DNA of 64,000 bases. Origin: Mobula hypostoma (taxonomy: Eukaryota). Made by a program: the position numbers and the translations under genes. Of this stretch, positions 1-11,426 are shown piece after piece. The stretch lies in contig NC_086098.1 in the NCBI RefSeq assembly GCF_963921235.1, positions 6,882,001-6,946,000 on the forward strand, given 5' to 3'. Every line of letters begins with the position of its first letter. Position 1 is the first letter of the stretch. The notes below the pieces were generated by a model. It saw nothing but the letters and a program-made list of their open reading frames with translations. It ran no database searches and was not told the DNA's origin.

Positions 1-3000
1 CACCCTATTCTCATAAGGCACGCTCCCCAATCCAGGCAACATCCTTGTAGTCATAGTCATAGTCATAGTCATGCTTTATTGATCCCGGGGGAAACTGGTT
101 TTCGTTACAGTTGCACCATAAATAATAAATAGTAATAAAACCATAAATAGTTAAATAGTAATATGTAAATTATGCCAGGAAATAAGTCCAGGACCAGCCT
201 ATTGGATCACGGTGTCTGACCCTCCAAGGGAGGAGTTGTAAAGTTTGATGGCCACAGGCAGGAATGACTTCCTATGACGCTCTGTGTTGCATCTCGGTGG
301 AATGAGTCTCGGGCTGAATGTACTCCTGTGCCCACCCAGTACATTATGTAGTGAATGGGAGACATTGTCCAAGATGGCATGCAACTTGGACAGCGTCCTC
401 CTGTGCACCTTTTCTATGGCTTCCACATCCCTCCTGTAGTGAGGCGACCAGAACTGAGCACAGTACTCCAAGTAGGGTCTAACTAAGGTCTTATATAGCT
501 GTATCATTACCTCATGGGTTTTGAACTTAGTCCCATGGTTGATGAAGGCCACCACATCATATGACTTCTTAACCACACAGTCAACCTGCGTAGCAGCTTC
601 GAGTGTCCTATGGACTCGGATCCCAAGATCCCTCTGATCCTCCACACTGCCAAGAGTCTTACCATTAATACTATATCTGCCATCATAGTTGACCTACCAA
701 AATGGATCACCTCACACTTATCTGGGTTGAACTCCACCTGCCACTTCTCAACCCATTTTTGCATCCTATCGATGTCCCACTGTAACCTCTGACAACCCTC
801 CACACTATCCACAACACCCCCAACCTTTGTGTCATCAGCAAATTTACTAACCCATCCCTCCACTTCCTCATCCAGGTCATTTATAAAAATCACGAAGAGT
901 AGGGGACCCAGAACGGATCCCTGAGGCACACCACTGGTCACCGACCTCTGTGCAGAAAATGACCCATCTACAACCACTGTGGGCAAGCCAATTCTGGATC
1001 CACAAAGCAATGTCCCCTTGGATCCCATCCCTCCTTACTTTCTCAATAAGCCATGCATGGGGTACCTTATCAAATGCCTTGCTGAAATCCATATGCACTA
1101 CATCTACTGCTCTTATCTTCATCAATATGTTTAGTCACGTCCTCAAGGAATTCGATCAGGCTCGTAAGGAACAACATGCCTTTGACAAAGCCATGCTGAC
1201 TATTCCTAATCATATTTTACCTCTCCAAATCTTCATAAATCCTGCATCTCAGGATCTTCAACGTCAACTTATCAACCACTGAAGTAAGACTTACTGGTCT
1301 ATAATTTCCTGGGCTATCTCTACTCCCTTTCTTGAATAGGGGAACAACATCTGCAACCCTCTAATCCTCCAGAACCTCTCCTGTCCTCATTGATGATGCA
1401 GAGATCATTGTTAGAGGCTCAGCAATCTCCTCCCTCGCAGCCTGGAGTACATCTTGTCTGGTCCCGGTGACTTATCCAACTTGATGTTTTCCAAAAGCTC
1501 CAGCACATCCTCTTCCTTAATATCTACATGCTCAAGCTTTTTAGTCCATTGTAAGTCATCCCTACAATCGCCAAGATCCTCTTCCATAGTGAATACTGAA
1601 GCAAAGTATTCATTAAGTACCTCTGCCATCTGCTCCCCTTCCATTCACACTTTTCCACTGTCACACTTGATTGGTCCTATTCTCTCATGTCTTATCCTCT
1701 TGCTCTTCACATACTTGTAGAATTCCTTGGGGTTTTCCTTAAACCTGTCCACCAAGGCCTTCTCATGGCCCCTTATCGCTCTCCTAATTCCTTCCTGCTA
1801 GCCTTATAATTTTCTACTTCTCTATCATTGCCTAGTTTTTTAAACCTTTCATAAGCTTTTCTTTTCTTCATGACTAGATTTCCAGCAGCTTGTGTACACC
1901 ACGGTTCCTGTACCCTACCATCCTTTCCCTGTGTCATTAGAAGGTACATATGCAGAACTCCACGCAAATATCCCCTGAACATTTACCACATTTCTGCCAT
2001 ACATTTCCCTGAGAACATCCATTCCCAATTTATGCTCCCAATTTCCTGCCTGATAGCTTCATATTTCCCCTTACTCCAATTAAACACTTTCCTAACTTGT
2101 CTGTTCTTACCCCTCTCCAGTGCTGGGGTAAAGGATGTAGAATTATGAGCACTATCTCCAAAATGCTCTCCCACTGAGAGATCTGACACCTGACCAGATT
2201 CATTTCCCAATACCAGAACAAGTACAACCTCTCCTCTTGTAGGCTTATCTACATATTGTGTCAGGGAACCTTCTAAACCACTTGCTCTAGGGAGATGCCA
2301 ATTAATATTTGGGAAATTAAAATCTCCCACCATGACAACCCTGTTATTATTACACCTTTCCAGATTCTGTCTCCCTATCTGCTCCTTGATGTCCCTGTTA
2401 CTATTGGGTGGTCTATAAAAAACACCCAGTAGAGTTATTGACCCCTTCCTGTTCCTAACTTCCACCCACAGAGACTCCGAAGACAATCCCTCCATCACTT
2501 CCTCCTTTTCTGCAGCCGTGACGATATCTCTGATCAACAGTGCCACGCCCCCACCTCTTTTGCCTCCCTCCCTGTCCTTTCTGAAACATCTAAAGCCTGG
2601 CACTCTTAAGTAATCATTCCTGCCCCTGCACCATCCAAGTCTCTGTAATGGCCACAACATCACAGCTCCAAGTACTGATCCATGCTCTTAGCTCATCCGC
2701 TTTGTTCATAATACTCTTTGCATTAAAATAGACACATCTCAAACCATTGTTCTGAGCGCATCCCTTCTCTATCACCTGCCTATCCTCCCTCTCGCACAGT
2801 CTACAAGCTTTCTCTATTTCTAAGCCAACGGCCCCTTCCTCTGTCTCTTCATGCAATTCTACCTCCCTGCAATTCTAGTTTAAACTCTCCCTAATAGCTT
2901 TAACAAACCTCCCAGCCAGGATATTGGTCCCCCTCGGATTCAAGTGCAACCCGTCCTTTTTGTACAGGTCACAGCTGCCCCACAAGAGGTCCCAATGATC

Positions 3001-3342
3001 CAGAAATCTGAATCCCTACCCCTGCTCCAATCCCTCATTCACACATTTATCCTCTACCTCATTCTATTGCTATACTCACTGTCACATGGCACAGGCAGTA
3101 ATTCCGAGATTACTACCTTTGAGATCCTGCTTCTCAATTTCCTTCATAACTGCCCGTAGTCTCATTTCAGGACCTCCTCCCTTCTCCTACCTATGTCGTT
3201 GGTACCAATATGCACCATGACATCTGGCTGTTCTCCTTCCCACATCAGGATATCATAGACATGATCAGGAACATCCCGGACCCTGGCACTTGGGAGTCAA
3301 ACTACCATCCGAGTTTATTTCACCTGTCTGACCCACTAACTA
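1..3342 (-). mobile_element. Decayed CR1-clade LINE (ORF1 esterase remnant, APE endonuclease, RT), split by a Rex/Babar fragment and running off the window start
   Basis: Minus-strand ORFs give APE motifs (YFNAKS, VGDFNFP), RT motifs (DFSKAFDKVPH, GVPQGSVLGPLLF, KFADDTK) and the C-terminal LVRPYLEYCAQFWSP. Bases 1-46 continue the frame (TRMLPGLGSVPYENR) beyond the insertion. Many frameshifts and stops. Confidence 0.92.
47..395 (-). mobile_element. 3' end of a Rex/Babar-like LINE nested in the CR1
   Basis: Encodes SKLHAILDNVSH...RLIPPRCNTERHRKSFLPVAIKLYNS with a (tagtca)n tail on +. Nearly identical copy at 22842-23215. Confidence 0.75.
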
Positions 3343-3522
3343 TATTTGCTTATTTATTTATTATTTGTTATTTTTGTATTTATTGTATTTGCAATAAATG
3401 TCTTCTCTTGCACATTGGCTACTTGTCAGTCTTTGAAGTTTTTTCATTGATTCTATTGTTTCTCTTTATTCTACTATGAATGCCTGCAAGAAATTGAAAC
3501 TCATGGTAGTATATAAAAATCA

Positions 3523-4955
3523 TTGGACTCTGGCATGATGCCTGAGGACTGGAAAATTGCAAATGTCACTCTACTCTTTCAGAAAGGAGGAAGGCAGCAG
3601 AAAGACAATTATAGACCAGTTAGCCTGACCTCGGTGGTTGAGAAGATGTTAGAGCCAGTTGTTAGGGATGAGGTTCTGGAGTACTTGGAGATACAGACAA
3701 GATAGGACAAAGTCTGAATGGTTTCCTTAAGGGAAATTCTTGCCTGACAATCCTATTGGAATTCTTTGAAGAGATTACAAGAAGGATAGGTAAAGGGAAT
3801 GCAGTGGATGTGTTATATTTGGACTTTTAGAAGGCCTTTGGCAAGGTGCCATGCATGAGGCTGTTTACCAAGCTAAGAGCTTATGGTATTACAGGAAGGC
3901 TACTGGCATGGTTAGAGCATTGGCTGATTGGTAGGAGGCAGTGAGTGCAAATAAAAGGATCCTTTTCTTGTTGACTGCCAGCGACTAGTGGTGTTCTGCA
4001 GGGGTCGGTGTTGGGACCACTTCTTTTTATGCTGTATATCAATGATTTAGATGATGGAATAGATAGCTCTGTTGCCAAGTTTGCAGGTAATATGGAGATT
4101 GGTGGAGGGCGAGGTAGTGTTGAGGAAACAGGTAGGATGCAGAAGAACTTAGGAGAATGGGCAAGAGAGTGGCAGATGTTGGAAAATGCATGGACATGCA
4201 CTTTGGTTGTAGAAATAAATGTTTCGACTATTTTCTAAACGGGGAGAAAATCCAAACATCAGAGATGCATGGGGACTTGGGAGTCCTTGTATAGAACAAC
4301 CTAAAGGTTAACTTGCAGTTAGAATTGGTGGAGAGGAAGGCAAATGCAATGATAGCATTCATTTCAAGAGTTCTTGAATACAAGAGCAAGGATGTGATGC
4401 TGAGGCTTTATAAGGCACTGGTGAGGCCTCACCTTGAATATTGTGAACAGTTTTGGGTTCCTCATCTGATAAAGATGTGTTGGCATTGGTGAGGGTCCAG
4501 AGGAGGTTCACAAGGATGATACTGGGAATGAAAGGCTTATTATATGAGGAACGTTTGATGGCTCTGGGCCTGTACTTGCTGGAGTTTAGAAAGATGAGGG
4601 GGGTTCTCATTGAAACCTTTCAGATGTTGAAAGGCCTTGACAGAGTAGATGTGGAAAGGATGTTTCCGATGGTGGGGGAGTCTAGGACAAGAGGGTACAG
4701 CCTCAGAATTGAGCGGAGTCCATTTAAAACAGAGATGTGGAGAAATTTCTTTAGCCAAATGGTGGAGGCCAGGTCACTGGGTATATTTAAGGGAAGAGCT
4801 TGATCGGTTCTTGATTGGACACAGGCTCAAAGATTACAGGCAGAAAACCAAGGAGTGGGGCTGAAGAGGGAAAAAAAAGGATCAGCCATAATTGAATGGC
4901 AGAGCAGACTTGATGGGCCAAGTGGCCTAATTTTGCTCCAATATCTTATAGTCTT
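3523..4955 (+). mobile_element. 5'-truncated CR1 LINE (RT and 3' UTR), degenerate
   Basis: PEDWKIANVTLLF, NYRPVSLTSVV, LGPLLFMLYINDLD, RVQRRFTRMI; multiple indels. Confidence 0.9.
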
Positions 4956-5599
4956 ACAGTCTTATATAAGGCCCATAAGATATCAGAGCAGATTTAGGCT
5001 TGTTGGTCCATCGAGCCTACTCTGCCATTTCATCATGTCTGATCCAATTTTCCTCTCAGCCCCAATCTCCTGCCTTCTCCCCGGATTACTTCATGCGCTG
5101 ACAAATCAGGAATCTAAAACAATCTTGAATCTTGAATTTCTGAGACGTGTCAGTTCATGGAGCTCCACAATCACTCAGATTGTTATCATTGCACCTCGGC
5201 AAGTAATGCCACAGCCATTAATTCTCCTGTGTCAGTGACCTCACAGCTGAAGGGCAAGGTGTGTACTGCATCTCAGCCAGCCGCGTCAGACAAAAGCCAC
5301 ACACACCTAGAGCTCAGGGACAATGTCATTGTCAGAGTTCTCTGAGATAAAGTTTAATTCCAGAAGGATAGGACTTTGAACTTGTACGGATTTGACAGCC
5401 GCTGCAGGATGTTTCAATAATGACTGAACATTATATTCCGGCACCCACCAGATAGTGACACAGATATTGAATTTTTGCTGATCTAGTTCAGTTATGAACT
5501 ACACAGTGATCATCCCTTAAGGACGTACAACAACATCATATTTACCTTTGGAAAATTGCCACCATTCTGGAAAGTAGGAAAATTGGCCGTCGTATTAGA

Positions 5600-6560
5600 A
5601 CGTCCATTCTTGGACATCCTAATATGTGAAAAACCAGATGATAGCCTTGGACAGAAGCCTACTCACACGGACATATACTTCAACAATTACAGCCACCATC
5701 ACACCTTCCAACATAGAATGGTTCTTTCTATTTTGATTAACCTTTCAAAAACTGTTTCGGACCCAGAGAGTCTCCATGAGAAAATAAGACAATTATGCAG
5801 GACATTCCTACAGAATGGCTACAAGATGAAGGAAACCATTTGGGCCCTTAAAAGAGCGGATGGAAAAACCAGGAAACAATGAGGAGGAACCTATCACTAC
5901 CGCCTGTCTTCGCTGTATTTCCACAGTTTCTGGGAGGATCACCAGGATCTTGAAGAAATACCGGATTAATACCATCCACAAACCCGTAAGGAAGCTCAAA
6001 TGACAGCTTATGCAGGTCATAGATGACATGGGACTCAGGTCAGCTGGTATTTACAGGATTCCCTGTGAATGCAGAGCAACAGAGCCAGACAGGACGCATG
6101 GTGGAAACCCGCATCAAGGAGCACAGGAGGTGTATCTGTCTGGGTTACCCGGAGAAATCGGCGGTAGTGGAGCATTGCATTTCCAATGGCCATAGGACTG
6201 ACTTCAATGGCACAAAACTACTGCATCGTGCCAGTGGCATCTGGGACCACCTAGCGAAGGAAGCAATTGAAATAAAAGAATTTGAACAAAGACGAAGATC
6301 CCGCTCGAAGTAAGAACTGGAATTCGATTGTAAGCAAGGTGGGAGAGCAGAAACCTGATTGGATGAGGACTAACCAATCAGGAGAGGCAGATGACAGGAT
6401 ATAAATACCACTGGTCTAGACATGCCCAGGCATCATCCCAGATGAAGAGGGCAAAGTTTGTCATTGAAACATCAGTTAAAAGCAGTACTTGTAGCTGGCT
6501 GGAAGCCCAAGAAGAGTTTATTCGTCCTGTACGCTGGGAAAGCACTAGATCCTTTTTCAG
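5600..6560 (+). mobile_element. Penelope-like element 3' part (RT thumb, GIY-YIG endonuclease, terminal module), probably Poseidon-type
   Basis: KPTHTDIYFNNYSHH; AGIYRIPCEC...QTGRMVETRIKEHRRC...KSAVVEH; degenerate hammerhead-like cagatgaaga...tgaaacatc at about 6439-6473. Confidence 0.8.
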
Positions 6561-7354
6561 GTAGGAGAAAAGATTCCAGTGTACACCTTGTCATTAAAGT
6601 GTGATGTCACTGACACTGGAGAATTGACAACCGTGGCGTTACTTCCCAAAGAAAGGCTAAGTTGACTTGGTAGCCTATGGACTCATTTTGGGGACAACGC
6701 AGCTCAAGTTCTCAGTATTGTTCATTTTCTTTTTTAATTATTTGCACGATTTGTCCTCTTTTGCACATTGGATGTTTGTTGGTATTTGTTTTTTTGATGA
6801 ATTCTATTGTACTTCTTTGTTTTCCTGTTGGTGCCTGCAAGAAACTGAACCTCAAGGTTGTATATGGTATACAACCTTTGATAATAATTTACTTTGAACT
6901 TTGATACAAAAGAATAATCTTTGAAGGTATTATAAAATAACATACCATAATAAAATAACATAAAATAATATAAAATAATGGTTTCCAAACTTAAACCCCT
7001 TTTCAGATAATCAAAGTTCAAAGTAAAATATTTATCATAGTTCATATATGTCACACTGAGGTTCATTTTCTTGCAGATGTTTACAGGAAAATAAAGAAAT
7101 GCAATAGAATTTATGAACTATAAGAAACAAGGATTTATAAACAACCAATGTACATGAGAAGGCAAATTGACAAATAATTTAAAAAGTAAATAAATAATAC
7201 TGAGAACACAAGTGTGGATGACAACAATGCACGCATTCCAATCGGCACAGGTTGGCAGAAACAAATGTTTCATTTCTCCACATTTTTATGGTGGCACAAT
7301 AGCGTATCAGTTAGTAACACTATCACAGTTTTAGCAATCCGGGTTCAATTCTGA

Positions 7355-7735
7355 ATCAGAATCAGGATTAATATCACTAGCATTGTTGTGAAATTTACTT
7401 TGTGACTGCGATACATAATAATAAACTGTAAGCTATAGTTAATATATTTAAAAAGTTTAATAAGTAGTGCAGAAAGAGAGGGAAAATGTAGTGAAGTTGT
7501 GTTCATGGGTTCATTGTCCGTTCAGAAATCTGATGGCAGAGGGGAAGAAGCTGTTCCTGAATTGCTGAGTGTGTGCCTTCAGGTTCCTGTACCTCCTCCC
7601 CATTGGTAGCAATGAGAAGAGGGCATGTCCTGGGTGATGGGGGTCCTTAATGATAGATGCCGCCTTTTTGAGGCATTGCTCATTGACGATGTCCTGGATA
7701 CTATGGAGGCTAGTGCCCATGACGGAGCTGACTAA
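7355..7735 (-). mobile_element. Rex/Babar-like LINE 3' fragment
   Basis: KAASIIKDPHHPGHALFSLLP.GRRYRNLKAHTQQFRNSFFPSAIRFLN with (attctg)n-type tail. Similar copies near 21645-22480, 33320-33545, 48680-49120 and 59580-59985. Confidence 0.7.
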
Positions 7736-8380
7736 GATTAAATCGGGGTATTGCTGGGTGGCATAGCTCGAAGGGCTGGAAGTGCCTATTCTACGCTGTA
7801 TCGCTAAATAAATAAATACATTGTTTTGTGATTAGGTTAGGGTTAATTAGGTTTGTCAGGAGTTGCTGGGACAGCACGGCTCAAAGGGCCAGAAGGGTCT
7901 ACTCCATGCTGTATCACTAAATAAATAAAATAAATATAATTGACGTTCAAATCCTGTTAGCTTTAGAATCCTGTCTGTTTTCCAGTTAAACCACAGTGAG
8001 GGCATTGTGTTAATATACTTCAGGGAGGAATGAGATTCAGCTATTGCAGTGGGAATGGGAAAATCTCAAGTAAGCAGGAGAATTTTGTCACTGACCTAAA
8101 TCTTGGCATGAAGTGATTTATTTTCTGTGTATTAATGTTGAAAACTAAGGTATCGTAATGACCGTTAATGAGCTGATGGGGTGTTAGTTATAGGTGATGA
8201 ATAAACCATGTCATGACTTCCAGCATCTCACCTGGTACGTGAGCTATGTCCTGGCTTGTCACCATCTTTTCTTGTCTGTCATTCATTTCTCATGATGTTT
8301 TTAATAAAATCCGCACTGGACTTTGACCGTATACCTTTAACGAAGAGGCTGACATTGAAATGAAGTATTTCTCTCCGCAG

Positions 8381-8536
8381 CTTGCAGGTGGGGATTCTAT
8401 AAATCATCGTCACTGGACTATCAGTGTGCTCGCTGTCCAGCTCACAGCCACACAATCCGGGAAGGCTCCTCGCGATGTGAATGTGAGGATGGATACTACC
8501 GAGCCCTTACGGATCCTCCTTCTGTTCCTTGTACAA
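8381..8536 (+). CDS. EPHA7: Ephrin type-A receptor 7-like, internal exon (Cys-rich/EGF-like region; equivalent of mammalian exon 4)
   Basis: Acceptor ctctccgcag and donor gtaagt; 156 bp, phase 1-1; translates CRWGFYKSSSLDYQCARCPAHSHTIREGSSRCECEDGYYRALTDPPSVPCT and splices in frame to the next exon (A+GA = Arg). Not shown in the ORF track in this frame. Confidence 0.9.
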
Positions 8537-8704
8537 GTAAGTTTGCTCACTTTTCCTCTCTGTATCATGGTTTTCAGACACAGTGTAGATTGTGCGTCTT
8601 CTTCAGCTGAAGGCCTATGGTTTGTTAATTATTCACTGGACTAATAAATCTGGTTATTCCTTTTTACAAATCCAATCATCCATTACCTAAAGACCTCCAA
8701 GAGG

Positions 8705-9020
8705 ACCACAACCTTGTCCTAGCATTTGGAGGCTTGTGATGATCTGGAGAACCATATTGGCTAGAGTCAGAATTGGCTTTGATTGTTGGTAGGGTCACCC
8801 ATGTCAAGCAGGTCAAAGGGTAGAGGTCAGACTAAGAGTGGTCCAGTGGTCCTCTAGGTTCAGGGGTTCAGCTTAAGGCTAATAACCCTGACTGGTCATA
8901 AAAAGTATTGTTACGGAAACAGCAATGAAGAATCCTTCTATATCCATGTGTGACTGCACGGACAGATAGAGATGGAGGACCTTCATTGCTGCCCTAAACA
9001 CCAGCAGAGTGATGGACAGT
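8705..9020 (+). mobile_element. RTE-derived non-autonomous element
   Basis: Starts with an RTE-like 5' motif (ccttgtc...ggaggcttgtg). Inverted related copy at about 33770-34045. Confidence 0.55.
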
Positions 9021-9067
9021 ACAAAAGAAAAAAAATACCTAAAGACAAAAAGAAGTAATCAAAGATT

Positions 9068-9370
9068 CATAGAATCATAGAACATTACAGCACAAAAACA
9101 GACTCTTTGGCCCATCTAGTCTATGCCCAACCATTAATTTGCCTAGTCCCATTGACCTGGTCCCAGATCATAGTCCTCCATACCCCTCCTATCCATGTAT
9201 CTATTTAAACCTCTATGAATTGTTGAAATGAAACCCAAATCCATTACTTCCTTTTTCACACTCTCACCAGTGAAGAAGTTGCCCCTCATTTTCCACTTAA
9301 ATATTTCACCTTTCACCCTCAAACCATGACCTCTAGTTCTAGCATTTCCCAACCTCAGTGGAAAAAGCGT
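9068..9370 (-). mobile_element. CR1 3' fragment
   Basis: RTRGHGLRVKGEIFK...GNFFT...RYMDRRGMEDY with a catagaat-type tail. Confidence 0.75.
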
Positions 9371-10430
9371 TTGTCTGCTTCTTCCAAAAAGAAAAGAAAA
9401 GTGTTTTTCCTGTGTTCTCGTAAGCTTTTGGAACTTGTCTAAATTCGGCATTGGTGAATCCAGTGACAATGCTCTGATGTTTGCTGCTTCAGTTAACTCA
9501 GTGGAAACTCCAGGTGCCCAAACTAGGGTGGTTAAGAAGTGGTATGGTATGTTAGTCTTCATTAGTTGAGGGATTGAGTTCAAGAGCCAGAAGGTGACTT
9601 ACACAGGGAGTGGTTCAGGAACCACTAGGTTTTTAACCTGTTACTACCCCTCAACCATCAGGGTATTGAACCAAAGGGGATAACTTCAGTTGACTTCACT
9701 TGCCCAATCATTGAAATGTTCCCACAACCAATGGGCTCACCTTCAGGGACTTTTCATTTCATGTTCTTGATATTTATTGCTTGTTATTCCTCTCCGCTTC
9801 TTGTGGCAACTTTGCCGTTTCTTTAGCATTTTGTGTCTTTTTTATGAGGCTGAGTTGCTAGCTCGATGCTCAACCCAGCATGGATAGGAAATGCGCAGGG
9901 CCGGCCAGATTCGAGCCTGTAACCAGTGGCCTCAAAGTTCAGTGCTGATGCTGCTACACCACCAGCCGGCTAATATTTATTTATTATTATTATTATTTCT
10001 TCTTTTATATTTGCACAGTTTGTTGTTTTCTGCACTTTCGTTGATCACCGTAGCTGGGTGTTTTTTTAATGATTCTGTTATAGTTATTACTGTATAAGTT
10101 TGTTGAGTATGCCCACAAGAAAATGAATCTCAGGGTTGTATATGGTGATAGATATGTACTTGGATAATCAATTTACTTTGAACTTTGATGAGTACTGTTA
10201 GGGTGGTGGTAGAGGCAGGTAAATTAGGGACATTTAAGAGACTCTTAGGCACATGGAAGTCAGAAAAATGAAGGGCTTTGGAGGAGTGAAGGGTTAGATT
10301 GATCTTGAGTAGTTTAAAGGGTTGGCACAACATTGCGATGGGCCTGTACTGTGCTTTACTGTGCTATGTTCCAAAGTACGTATTTGTGTTTGTTGGCCTG
10401 TCTGATGATATTTGTTTGTTATTTCCTCAG

Positions 10431-10766
10431 GACCTCCTTCTGCACCACAAAATCTCATTTATAACATAAATCAGACCACGGTGAATCTCGAGTGGGGCCC
10501 ACCAGCAGACACCGGAGGGCGGGACGATGTCACCTACAGGATAATGTGTAAACGGTGCAGCTGGGAGCAGGGCGAGTGTATGCCCTGTGGCAGCGGAATT
10601 GGCTTCATGCCTCAGCAGACGGGACTAGCAGATACATACGTGACCGTTGTAGACCTACTGGCCCACGCTAACTATACGTTCGAGGTCGAAGCCGTGAATG
10701 GCGTCTCGGAGCTGAGCCGCACCCAGAGATTGTTTGCAGCCGTCAGCATCACCACAAGTCAAGCAG
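10431..10766 (+). CDS. EPHA7: Ephrin type-A receptor 7-like, first fibronectin type III exon (equivalent of mammalian exon 5)
   Basis: Acceptor atttcctcag and donor gtaaga; 336 bp; PPSAPQNLIYNINQTTVNLEW...CKRCSWEQGEC...DLLAHANYTFEVEAVNGVSELSRTQRLFAAVSITTSQA matches my recollection of EphA7 much better than other EphA paralogues. Confidence 0.93.
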
Positions 10767-11353
10767 GTAAGAAAGAGAGACAGAAAGAGTCAAAAATAGT
10801 CCCGTGCACGATCTGTGTAATACTCGGTCTGGCCAAAGTTATTCTATATCCACAACTGAGGGGGTTAGTAATTTCGCCTCATGGCGTTGTACTAATGCAA
10901 AATAGAGGTTCCAGGTTGTATTGAGCTTTCAAAATTTAGCAAATGTTGCTCTATTCCAAGTGACCGTGGATGAATTTCCACTCTTTGACAGCTTCGCAAA
11001 GCATTCAGTGTTTATCTTTTGCTTTATCTCCAGAAAGCTCCTCTCAATTTAAGTGCCTGCATTGCTTGACTCAGCTTTGGTCTATCACCCCTACTGGGGC
11101 ATAAGCCGCTGATGGCCGCTCACCAGAGTCCTGCTCCAATAGAAGGTTGATCGGTCCTGTGGCTTCCGTTTCCATCACATGACTTTATACGCCTTCTCGG
11201 CCAAGATCCTTCCTCTCCCAGGGATGAGGTCTTTGGATCTTCTGTTGGTGTTTCTGTAGCTCTGTGTCTTTGCGGGATGGGGTTGCTAGCCTGCTCCTCT
11301 CGCAGCCAGGTTTGGGACCGTCCGTGGTGGAGTTCTGCGTTATTTACAGTGAT

Positions 11354-11426
11354 CAGGGGTCCCCAACCTGTTCTGGACCAATACGATTAAGCAAGGGGTC
11401 TGTGGGCCCCAGGATGGGAACTCCTG
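11354..11426. mobile_element. Tiny hAT/Charlie-like MITE
   Basis: Imperfect TIRs caggggtccccaacc / ggatgggaactcctg. Related 51-bp copy at 23276-23326. No clean 8-bp TSD. Confidence 0.5.

Noticed and set aside
199..645. 148-aa ORF fusing a CR1 RT C-terminus to a Rex/Babar C-terminus, as a possible chimeric protein
   Set aside because: The CR1 frame resumes at 1-46, so this is a nested insertion that happens to be in frame; upstream CR1 sequence is frameshifted.
8381..8387. Alternative acceptor cttgcag 7 nt into the exon
   Set aside because: It would frameshift the receptor; the upstream AG gives the frame-preserving 156-bp exon.
8360..8644. 94-aa ORF overlapping the first exon
   Set aside because: Wrong frame relative to the EphA7 peptide, with no recognisable homology.
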